Source of the DNA: an uncultured Actinomycetes bacterium
GTDB lineage: Bacteria; Actinomycetota; UBA4738; JACQTL01
Direction: 5' to 3'
Length of the DNA: 64,000 nucleotides
Assembly (NCBI GenBank): GCA_963772375.1
Contig: CAVYXG010000005.1
Location: 557,339 to 621,338 of the forward strand
Part shown: positions 46,344 to 55,084 of the stretch, in pieces
Layout: every line of letters starts with the position of its first letter
Position numbering within the stretch: the stretch's first letter is position 1
Position numbers and translations under genes: made by a program
Notes under the pieces: generated by a model
What the model was told of the DNA's origin: nothing
What the model saw: the letters and a program-made list of their open reading frames with translations, nothing else
Database searches by the model: none

Positions 46344-47087
46344 TCAATCCTTGGGCGTGCGGCCGAACAGCCGCTGGAAGAACCGGACGATCGCCCGCCA
46401 GAACGCCCACAGCCCGAGCCGGATGCCGCCGATGGACTTCGCCGTGGCGACCGGCGCCGGCCGCGGTGCGGCGGCATTCGGGGCGCTGCTCTTTGGACCG
46501 GGGCTCGCCTCCGACGACGCGGGCGCCGACGTAGACGGTGCGTCGGACGGAGCCGCTTCGGTGTCGCCGGCGGCAGCAGTCGTCTCGACCGCCGCCGAGC
46601 CCGCCGCGGGAGCCGCAGTCAGGGCCTCCTGCTCCGCGGTGATGTTCGTCTTCAGGCAGTCGGCGAACTGCTTCGTCAGCTTGCCGGAGACGTCCTGCAT
46701 CATGCCCCGCGAGAACTGGGCGACCGCCCCCGACACCGTGATGTCCTGCTTGAACCGAACCTTGGTCGTCGAGTCGCCGGCGGACTCGACCCACGCGGTG
46801 ATCGTCGCCTGGGCGGAGCCCTTGCCGCGTTGCTCCATCCCGCTCGCCTTGAGCTCGATCCGGTGCTCGTTCGCGTCGCGCTCCACCACCGTGACGGTTC
46901 CCGAGAACGAGAGCGACACGGGCCCCAGCTTGACCGTGACCTTGCCCTTGTAGTTGGCGTCGTCGATGGTCTCGGTGAGCGTGGCACCGGGCATGCAGGG
47001 GGCGATCCGCTCCACGTCGAGGACGTAGTTCCAGACGGTGTCGACCGGCGCCGGAACCTCGAAGGCGTTCTCGATCAGGATGCCCAT
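46344..47087 (-). CDS. coxG: Carbon monoxide dehydrogenase subunit G (CoxG, SRPBCC fold) with Ala/Pro-rich tail and C-terminal amphipathic anchor
   Basis: MGILIENAFEVPAPVDTVWNYVLDVERIAPCMPGATLTETIDDANYKGKVTVKLGPVSLSFSGTV is the CoxG N-terminal consensus. ATG directly abuts the xdhC TAG. Confidence 0.8.
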   Translation of the reverse strand: MGILIENAFEVPAPVDTVWNYVLDVERIAPCMPGATLTETIDDANYKGKVTVKLGPVSLSFSGTVTVVERDANEHRIELKASGMEQRGKGSAQATITAWVESAGDSTTKVRFKQDITVSGAVAQFSRGMMQDVSGKLTKQFADCLKTNITAEQEALTAAPAAGSAAVETTAAAGDTEAAPSDAPSTSAPASSEASPGPKSSAPNAAAPRPAPVATAKSIGGIRLGLWAFWRAIVRFFQRLFGRTPKD

Positions 47088-48233
47088 CTACGTCCCTCCG
47101 CTCGTGGCGCGGACGGGCCGCGCGTGGATGGGTCCCGGCCGGTCGCGGAGCGCCCCGCCCGGCCCGCCCCGCTTCACCGACAGGATCTCGGCCGTGATGG
47201 CCGACGCGATCTCCTCCGGGCCCTCTGCGCCGAGGTCCAACCCCGCCGGGCCGTGGATCCGCGCGAGGTCGTCCTCGGTCACGACCACGCCCTCCTCCGC
47301 GAGCTCATCCAGCAGCCGCTTGGTCCTCGCGCCCGGCCCGAGCATCGCGATGTATCGCACGTCGGTCGTCAGCAGCGACCGCAGGTAGTCCTTGTCGCGC
47401 AGGAAGTTGTGCGTCATCACCACGACGAACGTCCGCTTGTCGATGGGCGCCTTGCCGGCGACCTCGTCGGGGCGTTCCAGCGGGACGAACGACGCAGCCT
47501 GCGGGAAGCGTTCGGGATTGAGGAACTGCGGCCGGTCGTCGACCACGATCGGCTGCCATCCGAGCGTCGAGGCCACCTCGACCAGCGGCATCGCGTCGTG
47601 GCCGGCGCCCAGGACGACCAGGCGGAGGGGCGGTTCCAGCACCTCCACGAACACCCGGACCTCGCCGTCATCGCTCGCCAGGATGCGGATCTCGGAGCGT
47701 TCGGCGTCCAGCAGCTCGGCGGCGGCCTCGGCGGCGGCCGCGTCGATCACCGGATCGCCCAGCGAGCTCTCGGTGGAACCGTCGGGCCGAACCAGCAGGC
47801 GGGCGCCCCACTCGACCCCGGGGACGCCGGAATCGAGCACGATGATCATCGCGATGGGCTGCTGCTCCTCGAGGGCCATCCGCAGTACGCCGGCGGTCTC
47901 CGCGGCCTTCTCGGCGGGTTCGACGAACAGGTCGATCGCGCCGTTGCACCCGAGGCCCCAGCCCCACACCGCCTCGTCGTCGGCCGTGAGGTCGAACGAC
48001 ACCATCCGGGCCTGTCCCTCCTCCATCACCACCCGGGCGACGTCGGCCACGTCGTTCTCCAGGCAGCCGCCGGAGATGTTCCCGATGAGCTCGCCCGTCT
48101 CGGGGATCAGCAGCCGCGCGCCCGGCCGCCGGTAGGTCGAGCCGCGCACGGCCACGATCGTGGCGAGGGCCATGCGCTGGCCCTCCGCCTGAAGCCGCTC
48201 GATGGCGGCGAGGACGTCGACGATCTCGCTCAT
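47088..48233 (-). CDS. xdhC: XdhC/CoxI-family molybdenum-cofactor insertion chaperone (two-domain form)
   Basis: N-terminal MALATIVAVRGSTYRRPGARLLI...IGNISGGCLE (XdhC_CoxI) and C-terminal Rossmann LRLVVLGAGHDAMPLVEVASTLGWQPIVVDDR. Confidence 0.8.
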   Translation of the reverse strand: MSEIVDVLAAIERLQAEGQRMALATIVAVRGSTYRRPGARLLIPETGELIGNISGGCLENDVADVARVVMEEGQARMVSFDLTADDEAVWGWGLGCNGAIDLFVEPAEKAAETAGVLRMALEEQQPIAMIIVLDSGVPGVEWGARLLVRPDGSTESSLGDPVIDAAAAEAAAELLDAERSEIRILASDDGEVRVFVEVLEPPLRLVVLGAGHDAMPLVEVASTLGWQPIVVDDRPQFLNPERFPQAASFVPLERPDEVAGKAPIDKRTFVVVMTHNFLRDKDYLRSLLTTDVRYIAMLGPGARTKRLLDELAEEGVVVTEDDLARIHGPAGLDLGAEGPEEIASAITAEILSVKRGGPGGALRDRPGPIHARPVRATSGGT

Positions 48234-48290
48234 CGCGGTGAGGCGATCGTATCGCGAGCGGGCGCTTGCCCTGTCGGAGAGCTGTCCGGG

Positions 48291-49379
48291 CTACGGCTTC
48301 CAGTCCCCGAAGTTCTCGTCGGTGGGTGTGCTCGTGACCGCGACCGGATCGGAGCCGTCCGGGGCGATCGTGTAGAGGTCGTTCAGGCCCGTCGAGGCGG
48401 ACTGCAGGGTGACGACGATCCGGCCGCCGTCCGGGGACCACGACGGCGCCGTCGCGGAGGCGGCCGACAGATCGCCGGGAAGCGGGATCGGGCGCAGCCC
48501 TGTCCCGTCTGGGTGGATCGTGTCGATCCCGCCGTCCTCTCCCGCGAACAGGATCTCGGTTCCGTCCGGCGACCATCGCGCCAGGCCCAGGTCGCGGTGG
48601 TCGGGCACGCCGTACGACGTGATCCGGTGTGCATCCGAGCCGTCGGCCCTGGCCGCGAAGACAGCGGCCATGCCTCCCCGGCTGTCGGGGAGCCGGCGAT
48701 GGAACGCGATCAGGGTCCCGTCCGGCGAGTAGCTGCCCGGCAGGTCGTTCGGGTCGCCCCGTTGGAACGGATACGTCGTGATCCGGATCGCGTCACCACC
48801 GTCGCTGGAGCGAATGGTGAACAGGCCCGGACGGTGATGCGAGTCGCCGTCGAACTTGCAGAGGACCCGCTTGCCGTCCGGCGACCAGGCGGAACAGAAG
48901 TCCATCCTGGGTGTCGAGGCGTCGAGTCGCGTGAACGACGACCCGTCCGGGAGCACGACCGCCGGCCCCGGAACGTTCTCGAGATTGGTGATGAGCAGAC
49001 GCGTGCCGTCCGGCGACCAGACGGCCCCGCCGTAGCCCTCGGCTGCGAAACGCATCGGCACCCGGCGCACGTCCGTGCCGTCCGCGTTCCCGACGAAGAT
49101 CGCGCTCCCATGGCCGGGATCGACCCGGCTCCAGACGAGCGTTCCCGGTGCCGCCGCGGGCGGACTGTCGTTCGAGGTGCCGACGCCCGTGGGTGACGTT
49201 GCTGCGGATGGGATCGTCGTTGTCGCCGGCGACGCGGACGGGGATGCGATCGTCGAGTTGCGCGGACCGGTCGGAGTCGAGGGCGGCCCACCCCCGGCCG
49301 TGCAGGCGGTGGTGGCGAGTGCGAGCGACAACGGAAAGGCGAGGGTCAGCTTGCGGCCGCCCAACCCGAACAGGATCAT
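48291..49379 (-). CDS. TolB-like (PD40/WD40-like) beta-propeller lipoprotein
   Basis: Lipobox LSLALATTACTAGG, Ser/Pro/Thr linker, repeated WSPDG motifs (AVWSPDGTRL, SAWSPDGKRV, SYSPDGTLIA, ARWSPDGTEI, PSWSPDGGRI). Confidence 0.7.
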   Translation of the reverse strand: MILFGLGGRKLTLAFPLSLALATTACTAGGGPPSTPTGPRNSTIASPSASPATTTIPSAATSPTGVGTSNDSPPAAAPGTLVWSRVDPGHGSAIFVGNADGTDVRRVPMRFAAEGYGGAVWSPDGTRLLITNLENVPGPAVVLPDGSSFTRLDASTPRMDFCSAWSPDGKRVLCKFDGDSHHRPGLFTIRSSDGGDAIRITTYPFQRGDPNDLPGSYSPDGTLIAFHRRLPDSRGGMAAVFAARADGSDAHRITSYGVPDHRDLGLARWSPDGTEILFAGEDGGIDTIHPDGTGLRPIPLPGDLSAASATAPSWSPDGGRIVVTLQSASTGLNDLYTIAPDGSDPVAVTSTPTDENFGDWKP

Positions 49380-49511
49380 GCGCCCACCGGGCGACCAGGT
49401 TGGGGTCGCGGCCGCCAGCCCCCCCGAATCATCAGCGAAGACCTTCCGCAGGCCGGTGCCGTCCGGATGGACGATCCAGATCGGTGCGCCGGTCCAACCA
49501 GTACGACCGCG

Positions 49512-50609
49512 TCACGGGACCGGACGCCAGGAGATGGAATTGAACCCGCCACCACCAGTGTCCAGGACCCTACGGAGCCCCGAACCATCGGCCAGCATCA
49601 CGTACAGGCCGAACTGCTCCCTTTGGCCCGGCGCGGGAACGAATGCGGCGATCTCGGTCCCGTCGGGCGACCAGGTCAGCGAGGGGAAGATGCCGGCGCA
49701 GTCACACGAGCCCGTCCGGAGCAGGATCGTCACGTCCGACCCATCCGGCCGGACGGTGGCGACGGTCAACGACCACTGGTCCGCCGGACGGTGCGGGAGC
49801 TTCGCGCCGAGATAGGCGATCCTCGAGCCGTCGGGCGACCACAGGGGGCGAATCGCGTCGTCCGCGATCCTGGTGGGCCTTCCTCCGACGACGTCGACGA
49901 CATACAGACCAACCGCGCTGCCAGGGCTCGAGAACCCGGTGAACGCGAGCCTGGAGCCGTCCGGCGACCACGTGACGGAGTTCGCATTGAGGTTCCCGAC
50001 CGGGATCGCCGTCGATCCCGTCCCGTCCGGTGCGATCAGCCGAAGCTTGGCGCCCTGGACGTAGGCGAGCTGTGTGCCGTCCGGCGACCAAGCGACGCTG
50101 TCCGGACAGTGGTCCTTCGGAGCGCAGGGGAGGAGCAGTCTCGTCGAGCGGCTCGGCCAGTCCACGATGTACAGGCCCCTCGTTCCCCGGATCGTGTTGC
50201 CTCTGTCCTTCGCGACGGCGAGTCGAGTGCCGTCGGGTGACCAGGCGAGGTCGACGATGTCGCTCGCGAACTCGCTGGGCAGGGAGACCGAGGCAACCGC
50301 CCCCGTGGCCGGATCGATCATCATGCCGCTGCCCAACATGATCGAGCCGTTCCGAAGTCCCGGCACGGGCGACCAGGTGGGGCGTGTTGGAGTGTGGGTA
50401 GCCGGCCGAGGCGGTACGGACCGCGAGAGCGCATGGATTCCAGCGACGCCACCGATGACGAGCACCACGGCGATCCCCGCCGCGAGCCCCGACATCAGGC
50501 CCAGGCGCCGCCGCGCCCGACGGACCGCCCGAGCCGGATCGCTGGGGGTCGAGTGGATCGAGCCGGCACGACGCTCGAGGCTCTCGCGGACGGTCCGTTC
50601 GTCGATCAT
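49512..50609 (-). CDS. Membrane-anchored TolB-like beta-propeller protein, putative anti-sigma factor partner of the upstream ECF sigma
   Basis: ATG overlaps the sigma-factor stop by 1 nt (ATGA). Short cytoplasmic segment, TM LAAGIAVVLVIGGVAGI, PD40 repeats (LAWSPDGTRL, VAWSPDGTQL, VTWSPDGSRL, PLWSPDGSRI, LTWSPDGTEI). No zf-HC2 anti-sigma N-domain, so the anti-sigma role is inferred from position only. Confidence 0.55.
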   Translation of the reverse strand: MIDERTVRESLERRAGSIHSTPSDPARAVRRARRRLGLMSGLAAGIAVVLVIGGVAGIHALSRSVPPRPATHTPTRPTWSPVPGLRNGSIMLGSGMMIDPATGAVASVSLPSEFASDIVDLAWSPDGTRLAVAKDRGNTIRGTRGLYIVDWPSRSTRLLLPCAPKDHCPDSVAWSPDGTQLAYVQGAKLRLIAPDGTGSTAIPVGNLNANSVTWSPDGSRLAFTGFSSPGSAVGLYVVDVVGGRPTRIADDAIRPLWSPDGSRIAYLGAKLPHRPADQWSLTVATVRPDGSDVTILLRTGSCDCAGIFPSLTWSPDGTEIAAFVPAPGQREQFGLYVMLADGSGLRRVLDTGGGGFNSISWRPVP

Positions 50610-51214
50610 CAGGCCTCAACTCCAAGCTCGGATCGGAGGGTCTTCATCCCCCGGGAGACGAGCGAGCGAACGGTTCCGGGCCGGCACCGCAGGATCTGGG
50701 CGGTCTGCGCATCGGACAGGTCCTCGTAGAACCGGAGCACCAGAGCTGCGCGCTGCCGGTTGGGCAACCGCAGGAGCGCCTCGTGGATCCGCTCGTCCAA
50801 CTCGATCTCGGGGGTGGGATCTCGCTCGGGGTTCGCCATGACCCGTTGCAGGTAGGCTCGCTCCACCGTGCGCCGCCGGAAGTGGCTCCTCGACAGGTTC
50901 ACGATGGTCCGCCGGAGGTACGAACCGAAGGCGTCCGGGTTGCGCAGATGCCCGAGTCGGCCCACGAACCGTGCGAACGCCTCCTGCACCAGGTCTTCGG
51001 CGAGGGCTCGGTCGCCGATCAGCAGGAAGGCGAGGCGAATCCCGTCCGGGGCGTGCTGGACATAGAGCTCGGCAAGTCCGCTGCGCTCAACACGCTCCTG
51101 CCGCTCGACTCCCGACACCACGGTGTTCCGTTTGGCCGCCACAGAGTAAGGACGCGCAGGTGGGGTCGTGTCGCTGCATTGCGCACGGATCTTTCGGGTC
51201 GAGCCGGCCGGCAT
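50609..51214 (-). CDS. RNA polymerase sigma-70 factor, ECF subfamily
   Basis: Region 2 ELYVQHAPDGIRLAFLLIGDRALAEDLVQEAFARF. Region 4 LPNRQRAALVLRFYEDLSDAQTAQILRCRPGTVRSLVSRGMKTLR. Start may be an internal GTG (VVSGVERQ...). Confidence 0.8.
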   Translation of the reverse strand: MPAGSTRKIRAQCSDTTPPARPYSVAAKRNTVVSGVERQERVERSGLAELYVQHAPDGIRLAFLLIGDRALAEDLVQEAFARFVGRLGHLRNPDAFGSYLRRTIVNLSRSHFRRRTVERAYLQRVMANPERDPTPEIELDERIHEALLRLPNRQRAALVLRFYEDLSDAQTAQILRCRPGTVRSLVSRGMKTLRSELGVEA

Positions 51215-51312
51215 CGCAGAAGCACCCTCACCTCGCGGTCAGTTCATCGCGGGAGTGTGGCACGCTTGCATGACCTCCCGAGCCGCCGAGGCCCTCGCGA
51301 TCGAAGACCGGG

Positions 51313-53826
51313 TCAGGGAATGCTGGCGAAGCGGAGATTCACTCCCGATCGGGTCAGGTCGCGAACGAGGGGCGCGAAGAACGGGTGTTCCTCGGCCGAC
51401 AGGTCCCGCCGGTTCGCCACGAGGAACAGCACGCTCTGCGCTCCCAATCGCTGCCGCACGAAGTGCGCGCCGTACCCGCGGAGGGCGGCGGCCGTGGCTC
51501 CGGCGTCGGCACGTCCCACGGCGATCCGGATCGTCGAACCGAGCTGGGGAACGGCGTCCGCGGCCGCGCGGGCCCAACGGACTGCCGACGCGCGGGCGGC
51601 CGGCGGCAGCGTCGCCGCTCGCGCTCCCGTCGCGTTCGGTCCGGTGACCGCGTTCCACAGGATGCGCTCCGTTCCCTGGGTCCACCCTCGGAAGTTCGGG
51701 TCCACGGAGAACACGATGGAGCGTCCGGCGCCGACCGCTTCGTCGACGACCGCCGCCGACCCGCCGAGCTGGCCGTCGCCCTCGGCCAGGCCCGAGACGC
51801 CGAACGTCGGGCTGCTCGGAGCGGGGAACGCCGCCGCCGCATAGCCGGCGCCCGGCACCATGACCGGGTCGTCCTGGTACATGACCCACGCGGTCGGGCC
51901 GACCCCGGCGTCGAGCGGGCTCCCGGGATCCATGGCGACCCGCACCAACGACCCCGGCATGTTCGTGTGCGAGGCGTTGAGGGTCACCGTGGAGACGCCG
52001 GTCTGGGCCGCGATCTGCGCGCCGCCCTGCCAGCCCACGTACCGCCCGCCGGCCTTGACCCACGGCAGCAGCGCCTTCTTCCCCTTGGCGCCCAGCGCCT
52101 GGAGCCCGTAGTTCGCGTACCCGTCGGGCACGATCAGCACGTCGGTCCCTGGAAGGCCGGCCCGGATGTCCGCAGCGGTCACGTCGTGGTACGGGAGATG
52201 CCAGACGGTGTCGAACAGCCACCGGACCTCACCGGCTGCCTGGAACGCAGCCGTGCTCCCGGGGATCTCGAACAGCCCGATCGACGGCAGCCCCGCCGGG
52301 GGGCTCTGCCAGGCGGGGGTCGCCGCCGGGGCGACGATCGACGCGCTCGGCGAGAGCACGTCGCCCGTCCAGCCGCCGGACAGGTTCTCGAGGAGCGGGT
52401 TGCTCCAAGCCGTGACGTCGTACGTCACGTCGAACGGGATGTACGTGTCCTCGTTGAGCATCGCCTGGACCCAGTGCTTCTGGCCCTGCGCGAGCGGGAT
52501 CCAGTACGTGCCCGTCGGAAGCGTCCTCGCCCGCACCGGGTCGCCGTACGGATGGAGGTGCGCCACCGACAAGGGCGCATTCAGCCGGTACACGGAGACG
52601 TCCATCCGCTGGAGCCGGCGTACCAGCTGCTGGAGCTCGTAGGCGCGCGACGGGTCGTTCAGCAGGAAGTAGTGGCGAACGGGCGCCGTGGGCACCGGCT
52701 GCAGGACCGTGTGTCCCTTTTCGAACACCGCATTCGGCTCGAGCTGGCCTGCCAGGCCCTCCTGGTACGCCTGGACGTACGAGTCGTGCCACTGCCGGAC
52801 GACGTCGGGGTCGTTCGCCGCCGCGGACAGGGACGCCCACATCGCCGTGAAGTGCTCGTGGAACCGAACGGAGATGTCTTCGAAGTTCGCCTTCTCGAAC
52901 GTCATGCCCGCCGCGCCGAACCCCTCGGTCGGCACCGTGTCGCCGAAGACGATCGCGAAGAAGTCGTACGGGGCGCCGTGGAAGAAGTGGATCTTCTCGC
53001 GGGTGAACTGTTGCGCGATCGCCGGGCTGTACAGGTCGTTGATCCAGTGATGGGCGGTGTCGGGGATCTCGTGGTACTCGGGGTCCGCGTTCGGAGGGAA
53101 GAAATAGTTCTGGAGCCCGAATTCGTGCGCGTCGACGTACAGCATCGGCGGGTACTGCCGGAGCACCTCGACCTTCCCGTCGGTCTCCGGCTGGGTGCGC
53201 GCGAACCAGTCGCGATTCATGTCGAACCCGTAGGCGTTCCGCCGCGTGTTGGCCTCGCGGCCGTCCGGGTTCTGGATCGGGAGGATCACGACGATGGCGT
53301 GGTCGAGGACCGTGGACACGACGCAGTCGGACCGGTCCGCGAGCTCGTAGAGGACCTGCAGGGCCGCGTCGGCGCCGCTCTCCTCGTCGCCGTGCACGTT
53401 CGCGGACAGCCACAGGATCTCGGGTGTCGCCGCCTCGAGCGCGGCCGCCTGCGACGCGCTGATCGTCGGGTTCCGGAGGGCGGTGGCGTTCGTCCGGATG
53501 GTCGCCAGTGCGGACGGCGTCATCCGGTCCTGACGGCCGACGACCGCGTACCGGAGGGGCCGCCCCTGCACCGACGTCGCCGCGGTATCCGAGATCACCC
53601 GGTCGCTCGCGGCGGCCACCGCGCCGAGGTAGGCGTTCGACTGGGCGACGTCCACCTCCTGCGAGCCCAGCGGGAAGCCGAGGAACTGCTGCGCCGTGGG
53701 GGCCTGGTGCAGGTAGCTCGGCGGGGTGGTGAACGGGTCACACGCCGGTGCCGCGGATGCCGCCGATGCGCTCGGGATCGCGGCGACGAGGGCGATGAGC
53801 AGCAGGAGCGACGTTCGACGGATCAT
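51313..53826 (-). CDS. Secreted M14-family zinc carboxypeptidase with large C-terminal extension
   Basis: SD CCAGGGAGG, ATG, signal MIRRTSLLLLIALVAAIPSASAASA. Zinc site LWLSANVHGDEESGADAAL (HxxE), GFDMNRDW, downstream His region YVDAHEFG. Confidence 0.8.
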   Translation of the reverse strand: MIRRTSLLLLIALVAAIPSASAASAAPACDPFTTPPSYLHQAPTAQQFLGFPLGSQEVDVAQSNAYLGAVAAASDRVISDTAATSVQGRPLRYAVVGRQDRMTPSALATIRTNATALRNPTISASQAAALEAATPEILWLSANVHGDEESGADAALQVLYELADRSDCVVSTVLDHAIVVILPIQNPDGREANTRRNAYGFDMNRDWFARTQPETDGKVEVLRQYPPMLYVDAHEFGLQNYFFPPNADPEYHEIPDTAHHWINDLYSPAIAQQFTREKIHFFHGAPYDFFAIVFGDTVPTEGFGAAGMTFEKANFEDISVRFHEHFTAMWASLSAAANDPDVVRQWHDSYVQAYQEGLAGQLEPNAVFEKGHTVLQPVPTAPVRHYFLLNDPSRAYELQQLVRRLQRMDVSVYRLNAPLSVAHLHPYGDPVRARTLPTGTYWIPLAQGQKHWVQAMLNEDTYIPFDVTYDVTAWSNPLLENLSGGWTGDVLSPSASIVAPAATPAWQSPPAGLPSIGLFEIPGSTAAFQAAGEVRWLFDTVWHLPYHDVTAADIRAGLPGTDVLIVPDGYANYGLQALGAKGKKALLPWVKAGGRYVGWQGGAQIAAQTGVSTVTLNASHTNMPGSLVRVAMDPGSPLDAGVGPTAWVMYQDDPVMVPGAGYAAAAFPAPSSPTFGVSGLAEGDGQLGGSAAVVDEAVGAGRSIVFSVDPNFRGWTQGTERILWNAVTGPNATGARAATLPPAARASAVRWARAAADAVPQLGSTIRIAVGRADAGATAAALRGYGAHFVRQRLGAQSVLFLVANRRDLSAEEHPFFAPLVRDLTRSGVNLRFASIP

Positions 53827-54064
53827 CCCGACCTCCCTGGTGATGTCGTCGCGCCGAGCATCGCAACGCCGAGCGCCGGCGGTCAAACCACGTGCTCGGG
53901 GAGCGCCCCGTAGGGCTGGACGGTGCGCTTGATGGTCTCGACCACCTCCTGGTCGGCGGCGTGGACCGGGTCGCGAACCTCGCGGCAGATCGCCTGCTGC
54001 CACTCGGGCAGCGCGTCGATGTAGGCGTCCACACGCGGGTCCTTCGCGTAGCCCACGGCGGGGT

Positions 54065-55084
54065 TCAGCCCACGGAGACGAACTTCGCGGGTTCGGCCTC
54101 GAACGCCGCCCGGCAGCCGGCCGAGCAGAAGTAGTACGTGCGGCCTTCGTATGTGGCGACGTTGCGGGCGGTGGCCACGTCGACGGTCATGCCGCACACC
54201 GGGTCGATCTCCTCGTGGCGTTCCTCGACGCCCCCGCCGGCCGCCGCCTCGTGCCCGTGATGACCATGTTGGGCATGGTCGGAGGGAACCCCCGTCGCGA
54301 TCTCGCCGGCGGCCTTCTCCTTGACGATCTCGGCCAGGATGGCGACAGCGATCTCCTCGTGGGACACGGCGCCGAGGTCGAGCCCGGCCGGCGCGTGCAC
54401 GCGCAGCAGCGCCTCCTCCGGCACCCCGCGGTCCCGGAGGTAGCCGAGCACAGAATCCGCGCGCTTCTTCGAGGCCACCAGGGCGACGTAGGCGTGGTCC
54501 TCGGCCAGCGCCGCCTGCAGGGCGTCCTCGTCGTAGTGGCCCTGCGTGGCCACGACCACGAACGAGCGCGGTCCGGCGTTCGCTGCGTCGAGGTCGAGCG
54601 TCGTGACCACCTGCTCGGCGGCGGGGTGTGCGTCGGCCGATCCGCCGTCGTCGACCACCACCGTCTCCCAGCGCAGCGCCGCGGCGAGCCCGGCGAGCGT
54701 GTCCACGGCGGGGGAGCGGCCCACGATCACGAGGTGCGGCTTCGGCAGGACGGGTTCCACGTAGACCTCCAAGGCTCCCTCGCTCTGGCAGGCGATCGGC
54801 ACGCGGACCACGCCGGGCCGCTGGTATTCGGCGAGCTCCTCGGGCGTCCCGAGGAACAGCAGCCGGGGCGTTCCCTCGCGGATGGCCTCCCGGGCCTCGC
54901 GCACCACGGTCGGTTCGGCGCACGCGCCGCCCAGCCACCCGCGCACCGTGCCGTCACTCCGGATGATCGCCGTCGAGCCCTCCTTGCCGGAGGACGGCGC
55001 GCGCCGCCACACGACCGTGGCGAACGCGAACGCCTCGCCCCGGTCCGCGAGATCCCGGCCGAGGTCGATGATCTGGCGGTTCAC
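54065..55084 (-). CDS. coxI: CoxI/XdhC-family chaperone fused to a His-rich linker and C-terminal TRASH/YHS metal-binding domain
   Basis: GTG start overlaps the coxL TGA (GTGA). N-terminal AFAFATVVWRRAPSSGKEGSTAIIRSDGTVRGWLGGACAEP (XdhC_CoxI), Rossmann HLVIVGRSPAVDTLAGLAAALRWETVVVDD, linker SDHAQHGHHGHEAAAGG, then DPVCGMTVDVATARNVATYEGRTYYFCSAGCRAAFEAEPAKF (C-x22-C-x3-C TRASH). Confidence 0.8.
   Translation of the reverse strand: MNRQIIDLGRDLADRGEAFAFATVVWRRAPSSGKEGSTAIIRSDGTVRGWLGGACAEPTVVREAREAIREGTPRLLFLGTPEELAEYQRPGVVRVPIACQSEGALEVYVEPVLPKPHLVIVGRSPAVDTLAGLAAALRWETVVVDDGGSADAHPAAEQVVTTLDLDAANAGPRSFVVVATQGHYDEDALQAALAEDHAYVALVASKKRADSVLGYLRDRGVPEEALLRVHAPAGLDLGAVSHEEIAVAILAEIVKEKAAGEIATGVPSDHAQHGHHGHEAAAGGGVEERHEEIDPVCGMTVDVATARNVATYEGRTYYFCSAGCRAAFEAEPAKFVSVG

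Noticed and set aside
49512-49514. Reading the in-frame TGA between the propeller genes as selenocysteine or programmed readthrough
   Set aside because: No SECIS-like hairpin is evident downstream and the context is a structural repeat, not a redox site. Nonsense mutation, fission or sequencing error is more likely, though I cannot exclude readthrough.
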